From contig QPMI01000137.1 of assembly GCA_004431415.1 (NCBI GenBank), forward strand, positions 5,870 through 69,869: DNA of 64,000 nt. The letters run 5' to 3'. Positions 11,655-27,310 of this stretch are shown piece after piece; positions within the stretch are counted from its first letter, which is position 1; each line of letters starts with the position of its first letter. The notes under the pieces were generated by a model that did no database searches, had not been told where the DNA came from, and saw nothing but the letters and a program-made list of their open reading frames with translations. Source of the DNA: Cyanophora paradoxa CCMP329. Lineage: Eukaryota > Plantae > Glaucophyta. The translations under genes and the position numbers were made by a program.

Positions 11655-13164
11655 CTGGACCGGCATCATTTCGACAAGCTTCATGTATCGTTCGAACGCG
11701 GTTGCGACACATGATGTTCACCATATAACTATATATGAGACGTCCTAATCGTAACACTCTTGGCGGGGCGTCGATCTGGGCGGGGTTAACGTTGGACGAC
11801 TTGCACAGGGACGAGGTTCGACTTGCAGTTCAATCGAAAAGGCCCTCTGCTTCCCAGGCCTTGACCAGTGCAGCCACCAGGTCCGCAAGAGGTATAGGAG
11901 CCGGGAGCGCGGAAGTGCCATACACGTTCTCTTCCAGTAGATCGATATCAATGTAGCGCTCACGCCGCTTCTTCGAAGAACCCTAGAGAGATTGCTGAGC
12001 TTGCGCAAAAGAAGGGGGCTCGGAAGCGAAGCGGTGAACGCAGACCTGGCGCGCGGCCGACCCTGACTTCCAGAGCCGCCTCTCCGATTCCCATCTGGGC
12101 AGCCCTGCGCCGCGGTAGTCTTAGCTAATATAGCGCTGTGCTAGCGCCGCCAGGGCGGACCGAAGACAGCGGGCGCTAGGTTTGCAGACGCTGGGCCCGC
12201 CGAACTCATCAGCGCGCGGCGTGCTCGCGCATGCAACGTGCAGTCAAGCTCGTTCCTCAGCTCCTCCACTGAATGGCCCTCCCGCGAAAATCGATGCAGC
12301 TCAGTGGCGGCCGATCGAACAGCGGATTCGCGTGCAGCCTCGGCGAGCGGTACGATACGGCGAGCTCAGCTCTAGCGCTTTTCGCTGATCGGCCCGAATT
12401 TCCCCGAAATCCAGATGTGTGTGGGGGTACTCAAGAAGGATCAAATTGCCCCTCTCTTCGAATTATATATATATATAACATAAACGTGTAACTTGAATTA
12501 AACTTCGAGCACAACAGTTCAAGGAACGAGGGCACAGCTGCAGCCGACGTCGACATGTACAGGCTGGCTACCTCGCCAGCCTGGTCGCTAGACAGCTACC
12601 GTAGTACGTATATATATGTATACTATATATGATACGTAACGGCATGCAGGGCCCGGGGCGCTTCTTGCTGACTCATGATCACTGATCGCATTTGGACACG
12701 TCACGGCGTGCACGTAGTAAAAACGCAGGTCCGGGCTACAAGAGTGGGAATGTATACGTACACTGCGGCCGCCCCGGCCGGGGGCGCCGCGGGCCCAGCC
12801 CACCAGCGAACTGGCCGGCCGGGCCCTGCAGCTGCGAGGCCCCCTGAGCGAGGCATTAATATTACTCTCCAGGTCATTTCAAGGTCAGAGCCCTTGCTGA
12901 TCGGCCCAATGGCCAGTGGTTGGGTGGGGCAAGGATCAAATGGCTAGCGCTAGCGGCCAGCTTCAGGTCGTCGCCCATAATCATAATCGCCATGAAAGGG
13001 GTCCAACAAGCGTATCGATACGAGGGGTTTGCGTTTTTAGTACGTGTCGAAATGCTCTCCGCTAGACGCGCTTTCGTGAAATCTCAAGGTATTATGCGGT
13101 TTGTGTACAAGGGTCCCTATTGAGCCAAAAATGAAGGCCCCTAGCGAGCCAGAAATTCGCCGGT

Positions 13165-13950
13165 TTAACCGCGGCGGGTCATGGAGCGAGCCATGTCCAA
13201 GAACGACTGCATGTTCTTGCCAGGGAAGCGACGGTCGGTCGAGACCTGGACGGCCGAGGAACGGCGGATCGCGGCCGGCGACATGACGGACACCACGGGG
13301 CTGGTCTTCTTCGGGGCCATGGTGACCTTGGGGGCCTTGGCGATGCCCTACGCACGTCCGATTCAATCGCGGCCGGTGCATCAGAAGCGCGCTCTGCATC
13401 GCACCGACTTCTGCTTCTCCAGCTCGGAGTCGAGGACCTTCTTGTCGTTGATGCGGTTGTTGAAGATGGTGGGGTCATCGACGTACAGGGCGCCTGCGAA
13501 ACGGACTCAGCTACACCTCATGCAGAAGGCGACTTTGCACTCGCGCACTCTCTTCAACCTTGACCTGCGGGACCGAGACCTTACAGTTAGTCGTGCGCGC
13601 ATGCAATTTCGATTCGGAAGTGTCTATATGCTTTCGAAACGCTCTTCTCGTTCCGCGCAAACAGTGCCAAGCGCGCTAGGGCAACCCAACCAGCACCGCT
13701 CGCCTTCGGGGTCGGGAGGTTCACGGACGGGAGCTTCACGTTCGGGATCGAGATCTTAGGGCCCTTCTTCTCCTCCTCCGCCTTCATAAGGAGCTGCGAG
13801 AACACGGGCAGGTGAGCTGCCGAGCCGGCTGGAACACGCATCTCCAAAACACTACGTCTGACGGAGCCGCACCGGGTGGCTCCATGCCGACGACGACGAG
13901 GCGCCGAAGAACGCGGGGATGGGGGTGGCGGCGGCCTGGAAAACGTTCAT
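13165..13950 (-). CDS. Probable phycobilisome linker-like protein with C-terminal FxxM motif (ApcG/LRC4-5-like), multi-exon
   Basis: Spliced product MNVFQAAATPIPAFFGASSS..ALYVDDPTIFNNRINDKK..DRRFPGKNMQSFLDMARSMTRRG*; strong GC3 codon bias. Confidence 0.55.
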
Positions 13951-14079
13951 GGCTGCAGATATGTGATGAACGTGATGAACAGGGGTATAGGAAGCAGGCG
14001 GATTGAGAAGGGGTACTGTGCCACAATATGCCTCAGAGTTGCGATTACGATCGGATTTCGAGTTGCGATTACGACGTTC

Positions 14080-14336
14080 AACTTTCGTCCAACTTTCGTC
14101 CAACTTTCGAATTCGTCCAGCCTCCATTCTGCCGATGGGCACGTGCGCACGCCGGGGAGGATAACTGGTTCTTCCAGAGAGCCCACCGGAGAGCCCGCCA
14201 CGTGCGCGTGCAGCCGCGTGCCGCGTGCCTGGGGCAGAACCGGTTCTTGTGGGCCGGGCGAGCGTCCGCCGCGCGCGGCTCGCAGTTCGTCATTCGAGAA
14301 GGGCGCTCTGCGGTTCTGCGGTGGCAATGGGAAGGT

Positions 14337-14367
<31 letters not shown>

Positions 14368-14520
14368 GCGCCTCCCTCCCGCCGCCCTTTACGCCGGCCC
14401 CGCAGACGTCGAGGGAGGCCCCGCCGCGGGCCCGAGCCCGCACCGGATCCCGTGCGCCTCTGCCGTCTCGCCCTTCGCCCTCTTTCGCTCATCCTCCTCG
14501 CAGGGCGAGCCGCCTGACGG
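14080..14520. repeat. Dispersed repeat family E, copy 1
   Basis: Inverted match to 32240-32893; only 2-3 copies of the 11-mer aactttcgtcc here. Confidence 0.85.
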
Positions 14521-14711
14521 GTCGCGCGCGGGGCGCCTGACGGGGTGCACCGGAGAGCCAACTTGGCAAGCGTAATCGAACTCAAAACGTCCAAGTTACA
14601 CGTTTCATCCAACTTCCAATTCGAAGGCAATCATGAACTGCGAAGCGCTAGCTAGACTGTTGGGCGCATGGCAATGGGGTCCGTCTGGATCCGGGGCTTG
14701 CCACTGACTCA

Positions 14712-14895
14712 GTGAGATATCTGGAAAAAGAATGAGCAGGCTTCGCACCCGAGGAGGCAGGAACGAAGCCATGGTGGTCGTTTCGAAAACTTTGACACGC
14801 GTTGCTGGCCTAGGCCTCATCAGAGGGTATCGAGGATCCGTATCGTGCGCATCGTATACGTAGGCTGCAACAGGTCGTTGCTGCACGCCCCTCAA
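14712..14895 (-). repeat. Repeat family C, copy 3
   Basis: Reverse complement of copies 1 and 2. Confidence 0.88.
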
Positions 14896-15020
14896 TCAGA
14901 GTTGCGATTACGATCGGAATCAGAGTTACCAAGTTAACGTTGCGATTACGACGGCGGGCGTCCCCGGTCACTGAATCTTGTACTCTTTGTAATGTAACCA
15001 CGCATGGCGCGCGACGTAGT

Positions 15021-15697
15021 TTTCTCGCGGGGCACGCTCGGATGGTCATCGTGCCGGAGTTCCGCACCAGCCAGATGGTCGGCGAGCTCTGTCGGCGCGC
15101 CCGCCCCGGGAATTCCGCTCACTTTCCCCTGCAGGTCGCCCGCAAGGGGCGGGCGATGCTCCCGTGGGTGGCGCGTCAGGCTCTCGACTGCCGCCACTAC
15201 GAGTACGCTGGTCTTGCGTTTCGACTCCCTCTGCCAAGCGGTCTTGATGCTTATTTTGCGCAGGTTCCGGCAGCTCATGCAGCACGCCGTCCGGCGGCAC
15301 CCCAAGGACGAGGACCCGCCGTGCACGCTCCAGCTCGTCTGCGAAGCCTGGACCTCGAAGACGTGCGGGATGTGCGGCAAGACCAACTACACGCTCGGCT
15401 CGAAGAGGGTCTTCGAGTGCCGCCCCGGGTGCGGCTTCCGGGCGGACCGCGACGGCGGCGCCGCGCGGTGCGTGTTGTGTCTATACACGCCTATACACAA
15501 TCGCTGCTCCCCCCGCCTAGTCCCGACACGGCCTAGCCACGGCGTAATTTTCCGTCTAGGCCTAGGGCCGGGCCGGCTCGCCCTCCCAGCACCGCCCGAT
15601 CGCGATCGTAATCGTACTGATCGCACAGACCTCTCGCAGGAGCATCTTCATCCGCTACGGCACGGGCGTGGACGCGAAGCGCCTGCTCAGCTCGTAG
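15021..15697 (+). pseudogene. Fanzor1 (eukaryotic TnpB-like RNA-guided nuclease) C-terminal fragment with three introns
   Basis: Removing introns 15078-15134, 15203-15263 and 15468-15639 gives FLAGHARMVIVPEFRTSQMVARKGRAMLPWVARQALDCRHYEFRQLM..CEAWTSKTCGMCG..FECRPGCGFRADRDGGAARSIFIRYG..*, i.e. RuvC-II, Zn finger and RuvC-III; N-terminal half is absent. Confidence 0.9.
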
Positions 15698-15830
15698 CTA
15701 GCTAGGCTCCGATTCCCTTTTTTCCATCAGGGCACCAGTCCCTGTGGGTTACGCTCTCACCCAAACAGCACGGGTACAGTGATAGCGCTGAGGTAGGAGG
15801 TCCGGCCGCGCCCGTAGCTTAGAAAGAGCA
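15698..15830 (+). ncRNA. Fanzor right end / putative omegaRNA scaffold
   Basis: Conserved in three copies with a sharp common 3' boundary; stems tgggt/accca, acggg/cccgt, cagtg/cgctg. Confidence 0.65.
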
Positions 15831-15834
15831 AATG

Positions 15835-17161
15835 CTACATCACGTTACACTCCCCGCCAGGCGCAATGTTTGGTAATACAGGGCTTCCGTCGGGACCAAA
15901 CTGCACCTGCGGCGCAACATCTTTCAACAGCTCCGGTGGTGGTGGTCCTGCAAAGGGCAGCCCCGTTCAGAGGCCCACAGACGAACCGCAGCAAGAGCTG
16001 TCCCTGCACGCACCACAGTCCTGCATCTGCTCAAGAGGAACATGGTTCTGTCAGCTAAGTTTCAGATGAAAGAGCCCGTGTCAGACCTCTTGCATGAGCT
16101 GGACGAGTTTGGGATAGTCCTCTGCACCAGCCTCGTACACAGCGCATATCTGCTTTACATAGTCGTACTGCTTCTGGAATTTGTTGAACTCTTCTTCCCC
16201 AATCATCGATGCAGGGTGCTCTTCGAGATACGTTGGGTACTGTGCCAGGCCATTAGATGCAAGTGAAATGCAGAAGAAGTTGGAGAAAGGAAAGACGAAA
16301 CCGTCACACCTTGTCTCGAATCTGCGAAAGAGGTGGATACAGAACGTCGCGAGACAACATGTGCTTCATCATGTTCTGCATGCTTGGCAGTCAGGCACTG
16401 AGAAATGCACGCAAGCCAGTTGGTGCAGACCTCCATCACGCTGCTGAACTGGGGGTCGTCGCCTAACCTAGCAAAGCTACAATCCCTGTAAGATAGTTCA
16501 ACCGGCGCAGGCTCACAGGAACGCACTGCTCGGCCAGTCGCTCCATCACCGCCTCGTTCAATTCTTGTTGCCGAGCCTCCGGCATCGCCTTCGAGTCTCG
16601 TCGAGGCAAGTCGGAAGGCAAAACCGCTTGCGGCGCACCTCGAACTGGCGGGCGCTATCCTGCAGAAGAGACAGCGCAGCGGACATGTTGCGATCGAAAT
16701 CTTGCCCTTCCTCGGTCGTCCCCTCCGGCGCACCATCGCCGCGAGGCGCTCCGGCACCCAGCGCTTGGAACATCGAGGCGAGGTCGGGCACGTTGCCGGA
16801 CGGATCTTCCCCGAGACGCCGCACGGCTTCCTCGAAACTGTTCCTGAACTCTGTGTTGCCCGCAAGACCAGAGAAGAAGTTGCTGCGGCGGGATGCGTGA
16901 GGCAAGAGCGCCGCGCACGGCGCGCTTCGACCAGAACCTCATTTCGCGTGACAGATCGTCCGCGACGCGGTCGCCCTCCGGATTCGCATCGGGACCCTCG
17001 GGCTCCGCTGCAGACGCCGCGCTCGCGCCCCCGGCGCCGGAGCCGTGCTCGAACTCGTTGAGCGCATCTGCAGTCAGCGCGTAAGCGCTCAGCGGCGCCC
17101 GTGAGCTTGCGCGTGCAGTCAACACCGCACTCTCGAGAATCGAGTCGAGGTCGTCCGCCAT
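15835..17161 (-). CDS. PEX19: Peroxisomal biogenesis factor 19, multi-exon
   Basis: N-terminal MADDLDSILESALNEF; MMKHMLSRDVLYPPL; LVQLMQE/MQDCG; C-terminal CaaX box CNVM*. Confidence 0.92.
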
Positions 17162-17243
17162 GTTCGTTAACAAGGCGTTGCTGTGCAAAACGCGTGCCAA
17201 AATTACGCTGCGCTCTTGCTGAAGCCTCTTCGAGAAACTAGCT

Positions 17244-18278
17244 ATGGGGATGGCTCTTGGTACCGTAGTACCCCTCCGGGGGATGGACTCGGATCATCGG
17301 ATCAAGGAATTTTGGCGTTTGCTTTTCTCTGCGGTCAACCTCCAACCTATGCCGGTGAATTCTGCTCGCTTCCTCGCTTTCCTTTTGACTGGTTCCGTCC
17401 GCGTTCACAACACTGGTTGGATGTACATTCAGCATTGGGAATGGCAAACTCTCCGCATTTTAGGACTTCATTCAATATTCACTTCCTATGCCTCTCTTTA
17501 TCGTGTTGGTCGGAATGAGGCCTGCAAAACTCACTCTCTCCTTCCCGATCTTCAGCTACCCCTTACCCCGTCTTCTACTGCTGGTTTTACTGTGGATCGA
17601 TTGATGCGTACCTTCTTTCAAGAGCTCGACCGCTTGTTGGAAATTCTTCCTCATCGCCTTCCTCCTCACCGCCGTGTGCGCTTCTTTTCTGATTTTCATA
17701 CTGTTCCTCAGATTGACCCCTTCCGGTCTTCCTTCTGTGAACAACTGCTTGGTGCAGCGCGCGTGTTTGACTCAACCTGGCAACGATATCTTTCCTGTGA
17801 GCATGTTCCTGCTGCTCACCCTCCTTCGCATCTCCAACCTAGCCCGCTTCCGCTAGTCTTTCCTGCTGCCGTTTTACGTCCTGAACTTCTACACACTCTC
17901 AAGCGTCCTCCTACTTTCGTAGATCCTTCTGACTCCGACTCTGATTCTTCGTCTGATGGGGATTCGATCTCTTCTGCTTCCTCTTCATCTTCTCGTGTTC
18001 CTAGTCGAGAGCGTGATGATGTCCCTGGTACTCCAGAATATATAGAGCCTATTGCGGACAACCCTCTTCCTGCACATGCTCCTGAACCCGCTTTGCTCCA
18101 TAGACCCCGAGCGTCTTTTGCTAGTTCTAGTGCTCGATCAGATTCATCTAGTCCTGTAATCTATATTACAGATGATGACTTCTCTGACGCTGCTTCTGAT
18201 TCTAGTCCTGTAGTCTTTATTAGTGATGATGAAGATGAGCTTGACATCCCTTCTATCTACCCCAATTTTGCACTTTGA
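17244..18278 (+). CDS. Orphan intronless ORF with pyrimidine-rich coding strand, acidic/Ser-rich tail and SIM-like motifs; probably mobile-element or virus derived
   Basis: 344-aa ORF with T-ending codon bias unlike host genes; VIYITDDD and VVFISDDEDE. Confidence 0.6.
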   Translation: MGMALGTVVPLRGMDSDHRIKEFWRLLFSAVNLQPMPVNSARFLAFLLTGSVRVHNTGWMYIQHWEWQTLRILGLHSIFTSYASLYRVGRNEACKTHSLLPDLQLPLTPSSTAGFTVDRLMRTFFQELDRLLEILPHRLPPHRRVRFFSDFHTVPQIDPFRSSFCEQLLGAARVFDSTWQRYLSCEHVPAAHPPSHLQPSPLPLVFPAAVLRPELLHTLKRPPTFVDPSDSDSDSSSDGDSISSASSSSSRVPSRERDDVPGTPEYIEPIADNPLPAHAPEPALLHRPRASFASSSARSDSSSPVIYITDDDFSDAASDSSPVVFISDDEDELDIPSIYPNFAL

Positions 18279-18454
18279 GACGCGATACCCCACCCGTGCC
18301 GTTCAGGGAGCCGGTATCGGGGTGGGATTCGTGTATTTGATATCTTTTTTCTCTCTCATTTTGTAACCACCACCCAGACTCGAGTTCGAGTCCTGGGAGT
18401 GTCTTTTACTTGCTCTCTCTCTATCGGATCAAGGACTCGGGATCATCGGATGTC

Positions 18455-18748
18455 CGACCTTAGGCTTCCTCGTCCGGTCCAACCTCTAATCGCAATCGAC
18501 CTTAGGCTTCCTCGTCCGGTCCAACCTCTAATCGCAATCGACCTTAGGCTTCCCCGTCCGGTCCAACCTCTAATCGCAATCGACCTTAGGCTTCCTCGTC
18601 CGGTCCAACCTCTAATCGCAATCGACCTTAGGCTTCCCCGTCCGGTCCAACCTCTACTCGCAATCGACCTTAGGCTTCCCCGTCCGGTCCAACCTCTAAT
18701 CGCAATCGACCTTAGGCTTCCCCGTCCGGTCCAACCTTTAATCGGAAT
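18455..18748. repeat. Tandem array, 7 x 42 bp (cgaccttaggcttcc(t/c)cgtccggtccaacctctaatcgcaat)
   Basis: Near-identical units, directly visible. Confidence 0.95.
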
Positions 18749-18937
18749 CGCAATCAAAGACGTCCGACCCCTCAGGGCCTCATCGTAATCGCGATTACGA
18801 TCAGGGGGCTATCCCCAGTAAAGCTCCGCGCGTGGCGACGTCACCGCTGTCAGAAAAGCCCAGCCGAACGCGGAACGGCGGCTCGAAACCGACGGCAACG
18901 CCTGACCGCGGTCGCTATGGAGCGGGACCCGGGAGAT

Positions 18938-19075
18938 GATCGTAGTCGTAATTCTTGTCTAGCTGATCGTAATCGTAATTCTTGTCTAGCTGATACTTGG
19001 AGCTCAGCGGCTGATCGTAATCGTAATTCTTGTCTAGCTGATACTTGGAGCTGATCGTAATCGTAATTCTTGTCG
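18938..19075. repeat. Short tandem array gatcgtaatcgtaattcttgtctagct (~4 copies)
   Basis: Directly visible. Confidence 0.85.
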
Positions 19076-19118
19076 GCGCATACGCCACATGTACACACAC
19101 CACCATTCTATAATTTCT

Positions 19119-19337
19119 GGCAGCTGCAGCAGATTCCTTGGCCTGCTCCCAGTCTGCTGAGCTAGCTAAATCTCTTGCATTATAATCATAATAACAAACT
19201 TGCGGCGTCGTTGCCACAGTGCGTGTGTCGCGAGCGAAGTGAGCTGCCAGGCTGTACATGTGTGATTCTCGAGAAGGCAAGCCCGGCAGGAAAACATAGA
19301 AAAACACTCGTATACGTATACGGAAGGCCTTGCGCCC
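19119..19337 (+). repeat. Dispersed repeat family B, copy 2
   Basis: Matches 9551-9769; abuts the dymeclin stop codon. Confidence 0.88.
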
Positions 19338-19342
19338 CCAAA

Positions 19343-22300
19343 TCACGTGCTATTCTTTGACGTCGTCCTCGTCAATTTCCTCGCTGCCGTCTTGGCTGGA
19401 GAAAATGACAACCCGGACCGGATCAAAAGGTATGTTGGCCCCGTGGAACACGATGGACCACACATATGGAGTGAAGAACTCCTGTGGATGTGCCTCCTCT
19501 TCATAGCAAAACCGGAGCTCAGGAAACTGCGAGGCACGAGCATCAGCACAGCACGTATCATGGCGTGGAGGGTTGTTTGGCACCATGCGAAGGCGATCAC
19601 TCTTCCAAGACCGGCCTGCTTGTTCGATGACATGCATGACCTCCGACACCGACCAGGGGGTCTGAAGATTGGCCTCCTCCAGGCGCTGATTGATGAAACC
19701 CAAGACAGCCTCCACATTTTCGATCAAGTCGTAGAGTCGTGGGTGAGCACGGAAGGACTCGAACTCCTTTGCCCGTTGAAGCATAGCATACACGAAATGA
19801 GGGTTCCGCGGGAGTGCAAACGTCAGGGTCTGTGGAGAGGGTGAGGCGAGCATGAACACAGGCACACACAGCAAAAAGCATACTGCATTGATTGTCTCGA
19901 GCACTATGCGAAGGAAGTCCAGAAACACCATCTGGAAGCCCCCAGAGTATTATTTGTTATTTGAGTGGGGGCCCGGGATGCAGGCACAGCAAGACAGCTA
20001 CCTGCTCACTGTTCAACTCATCTACGTCCATCGTTTCACTGCTTGTATCTTGGACAGACTGCGAGGCTGCGCTTGGGTGCTGTTGACCAAGGGTTGCGAT
20101 CCTGGTGCTGAGCTTCTGGTACTGTAAAGGCAAGTCAGTGCGGCATCACTGCAATACCCGCAATGGCATCCACCTTGCTTGCGAGCATACTGAAAAGCAC
20201 CAAAATCCGCTGTGCTGCATACGAGTGAAGGTTGTTGAAATGCGGGGACATGTTGGCGAGTGTGGCCAAGCAGTTCGTGTGAAGGTAGGTGTCTTTCAGC
20301 TTTGTGAGGTTGTACTGGATTGTCCGCACAAGAATGATGACGCAAAGACTGCCCAACTGCGCCCAGTATCAGCCGATTGCACGATTGCCGCTTGCGAGAT
20401 GTCATGCTTTACCGAAACTTGTGTCAAGATCCTGCGCAAAATCATCTCAGGCCTTGAGAAAGCGTCACAACCGCAAGATGAGCCTGCCTGTCTTTGAACC
20501 AGGGAACAGCGGCTATTTCTACGAGATGCACAGAGCTGCTAAATGATGCATCTTGCGAGAGAATAAGGAGGACGATCAGGAGCATATAGATCTGGTTGGC
20601 TTTCCGGTTGGCTGCTCCATGCAGCATCTTCAAGATCGGAATGATCTGCGCATGTGCATCGTTACACTCGTAAGAGCATTCAATTTACTTCTGTGCACGA
20701 ACAAGCGTGTCCAGGTCTGTGCGTGCCAGACAGAATGCTAGAAACAACGGGTTTGAATGGATGAAGCAATCTGCTCCGGCGTTTGTGCATAAGCCGAAGT
20801 TCACGGGAGAAACAAGCACTCACACGTCAGCAGCGTGACTTTCTCATCATGCAAGTACCTGTGGCAGTTCAATTATTTCATCCCACAAAAATGCAGCACC
20901 AGGATCAATCGCACATCCCAATGCTCTCGTAAAGCGCTGAGAATGATATCCTTGAGCCAGAGGCTGCTGTGCCCTCCTCTACGTCTTCTGGCACTGAACG
21001 GGAAAAGATTCAATCGAAGCGCCAGAACGAAATCGGTACAACATGCACCATAAGAATCTTGCAATGCTTTGATGGCATGTATAAATGGATTGTTGTCTCC
21101 AACGTCATCTGGCCTGTAGTGCACTGCAACGAGCAGCAGATGCAGGCTTCGCTCTGCAAGGGAATGCAATTCCGACTCTTTCTTTGGAGGAAAGAAGTAG
21201 TGATATGCAAAGTAGGGCAGTAGCAGCAGTGTCGCTGCTCGGAGTTTTGTAAAACTAGGCATCCGGAATGCATCATTTCAACGTACTTGCAGCGCTCGTA
21301 ACTGTGCGGGTGATACCTTGTGGAAGGGGCGGCTCCTTGCGGTTCTCGATAAAGTTGAGCAAAAGTGACCGGACCAGTGCCCCATGTAGATCACCACGAG
21401 GGTGGCCTGCGAGTGCTGCAAACTCTGCTGGTTCAAAAGAAGGCCCACCCCTGCAGAGGATATCAAGGAAAAGATTCTGGTCTTCTGTCAGATGTGTGTG
21501 TGGCTGGAGGGCCGGTCATCAAACCGGAGTCGTAGAAGAGATCGGATGAAAGAGTTGCGAGGAGGCAAGCACAAGGAGAAGGTTGAGGACTTCAATATGC
21601 AAAACATAGGTGACGTCCGTGATCTCGGCCGATCCCAGAAAAGCCATGAGGGCCTGATTTTGAAGTTATGTGAGTAGGCACAGAACGTAGTTGGAACAGG
21701 ATAACCCACCTCTACGAGCTCGAACGCAAATGGCTGCTTCTCGCTGCTGCCCGACAGGGACGTGATTGGCAAGCGCAGTCCAAAATGCGCAGCTCCATCT
21801 GGATGATCCAGTGTTTCGATGATGTGTTGCGAAAATGTCCTGAGAAATCCGAATTCGATGTCGGCAGAAACAACGTGATTGAAAGCCGAAAATCGAACCG
21901 GAACAGCCACACTGTGTTGATCGCTTTCTGGTAACGAGGCATATCGTGAGAGATTGTGGAAGGCAATGGAGACGTGTCGATGGCACCTGGATCGATTCGG
22001 GGGGGCTCGTGGCCTGTGTGGACCGAAGCTGGTTGATAAGCACTTGGCCGAGCACCTCAAGGTTTTTGGAGCTGACATTGTTTGAAACTGGAAGCAGGGT
22101 GAGCCCGTCTTGGCTGGGAGCCCAGCACACAACCCGAGCGCACCAAGGCGCTCGCAGAGCACACGAAGGGCTGAGCGCAGCTCCCAGGGGCTGGTCTGGG
22201 AGCTGAAAGACACCTTGAAGCTGCCGCACGGTGCATGTGGGGAACCAGCGGCGCGGAGCTAGCTGCTAGCGTACGCACTTCACAACCTGGTCCCAGAATG

Positions 22301-22553
22301 GGTCGTTCAGCTGCGCGGAAGCAGCATCAGCTATGCGACCGGCCGGGCGGGCGGGCGCGCCGACGGAGCCGCCGCGCACGCGCGCCGCTGAGCTACACGC
22401 CTGGTCGCGCACAGAACACGCACCGGCCGATGCTTCGCCGACACGAACTCTCGAAGGACGTCCGAGTCCTGAATGGCGTCTGCGGGCCGCGTCAACTCGC
22501 TCAAAGCGTCCGCGGGCGCGTCTCGAGTGACCTGACGAAGACCCCGCCCCCAT
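19343..22553 (-). CDS. DYM: Dymeclin, multi-exon
   Basis: Myristoylation-type start [69 protein letters not shown]. Confidence 0.93.
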
Positions 22554-22708
22554 AGTTCCGGGCGCAGTCCTGCAGTTCCAACGTTCGTGTACCGGGCGCG
22601 GGACGGCCGAAGCTTCAAGTTGGTTAAACGGGTACGCAGCTTCCCGACCCGCCGCGCGGCTCGGCCGCACCGTGCAGCGTGCGGCGCCAGCAGCAGATCT
22701 GGTGCTGT

Positions 22709-27124
<4,416 letters not shown>

Positions 27125-27310
27125 AGACATGAAGGCATGCAGGAACTCCCACCGCCCGCCGACGATGCGATGCTCCACGAGCCTCGGCTGGCAACGGCGA
27201 GGGCTGCACCTTCGTATGTGTAGCCCACACAGGCGTAGTTCACAGATGCAGCTAGCTAGAAGCTAGCTTGCGTGTCTATGCTGAACGCATGTAGACAGAG
27301 ACATCGAATT

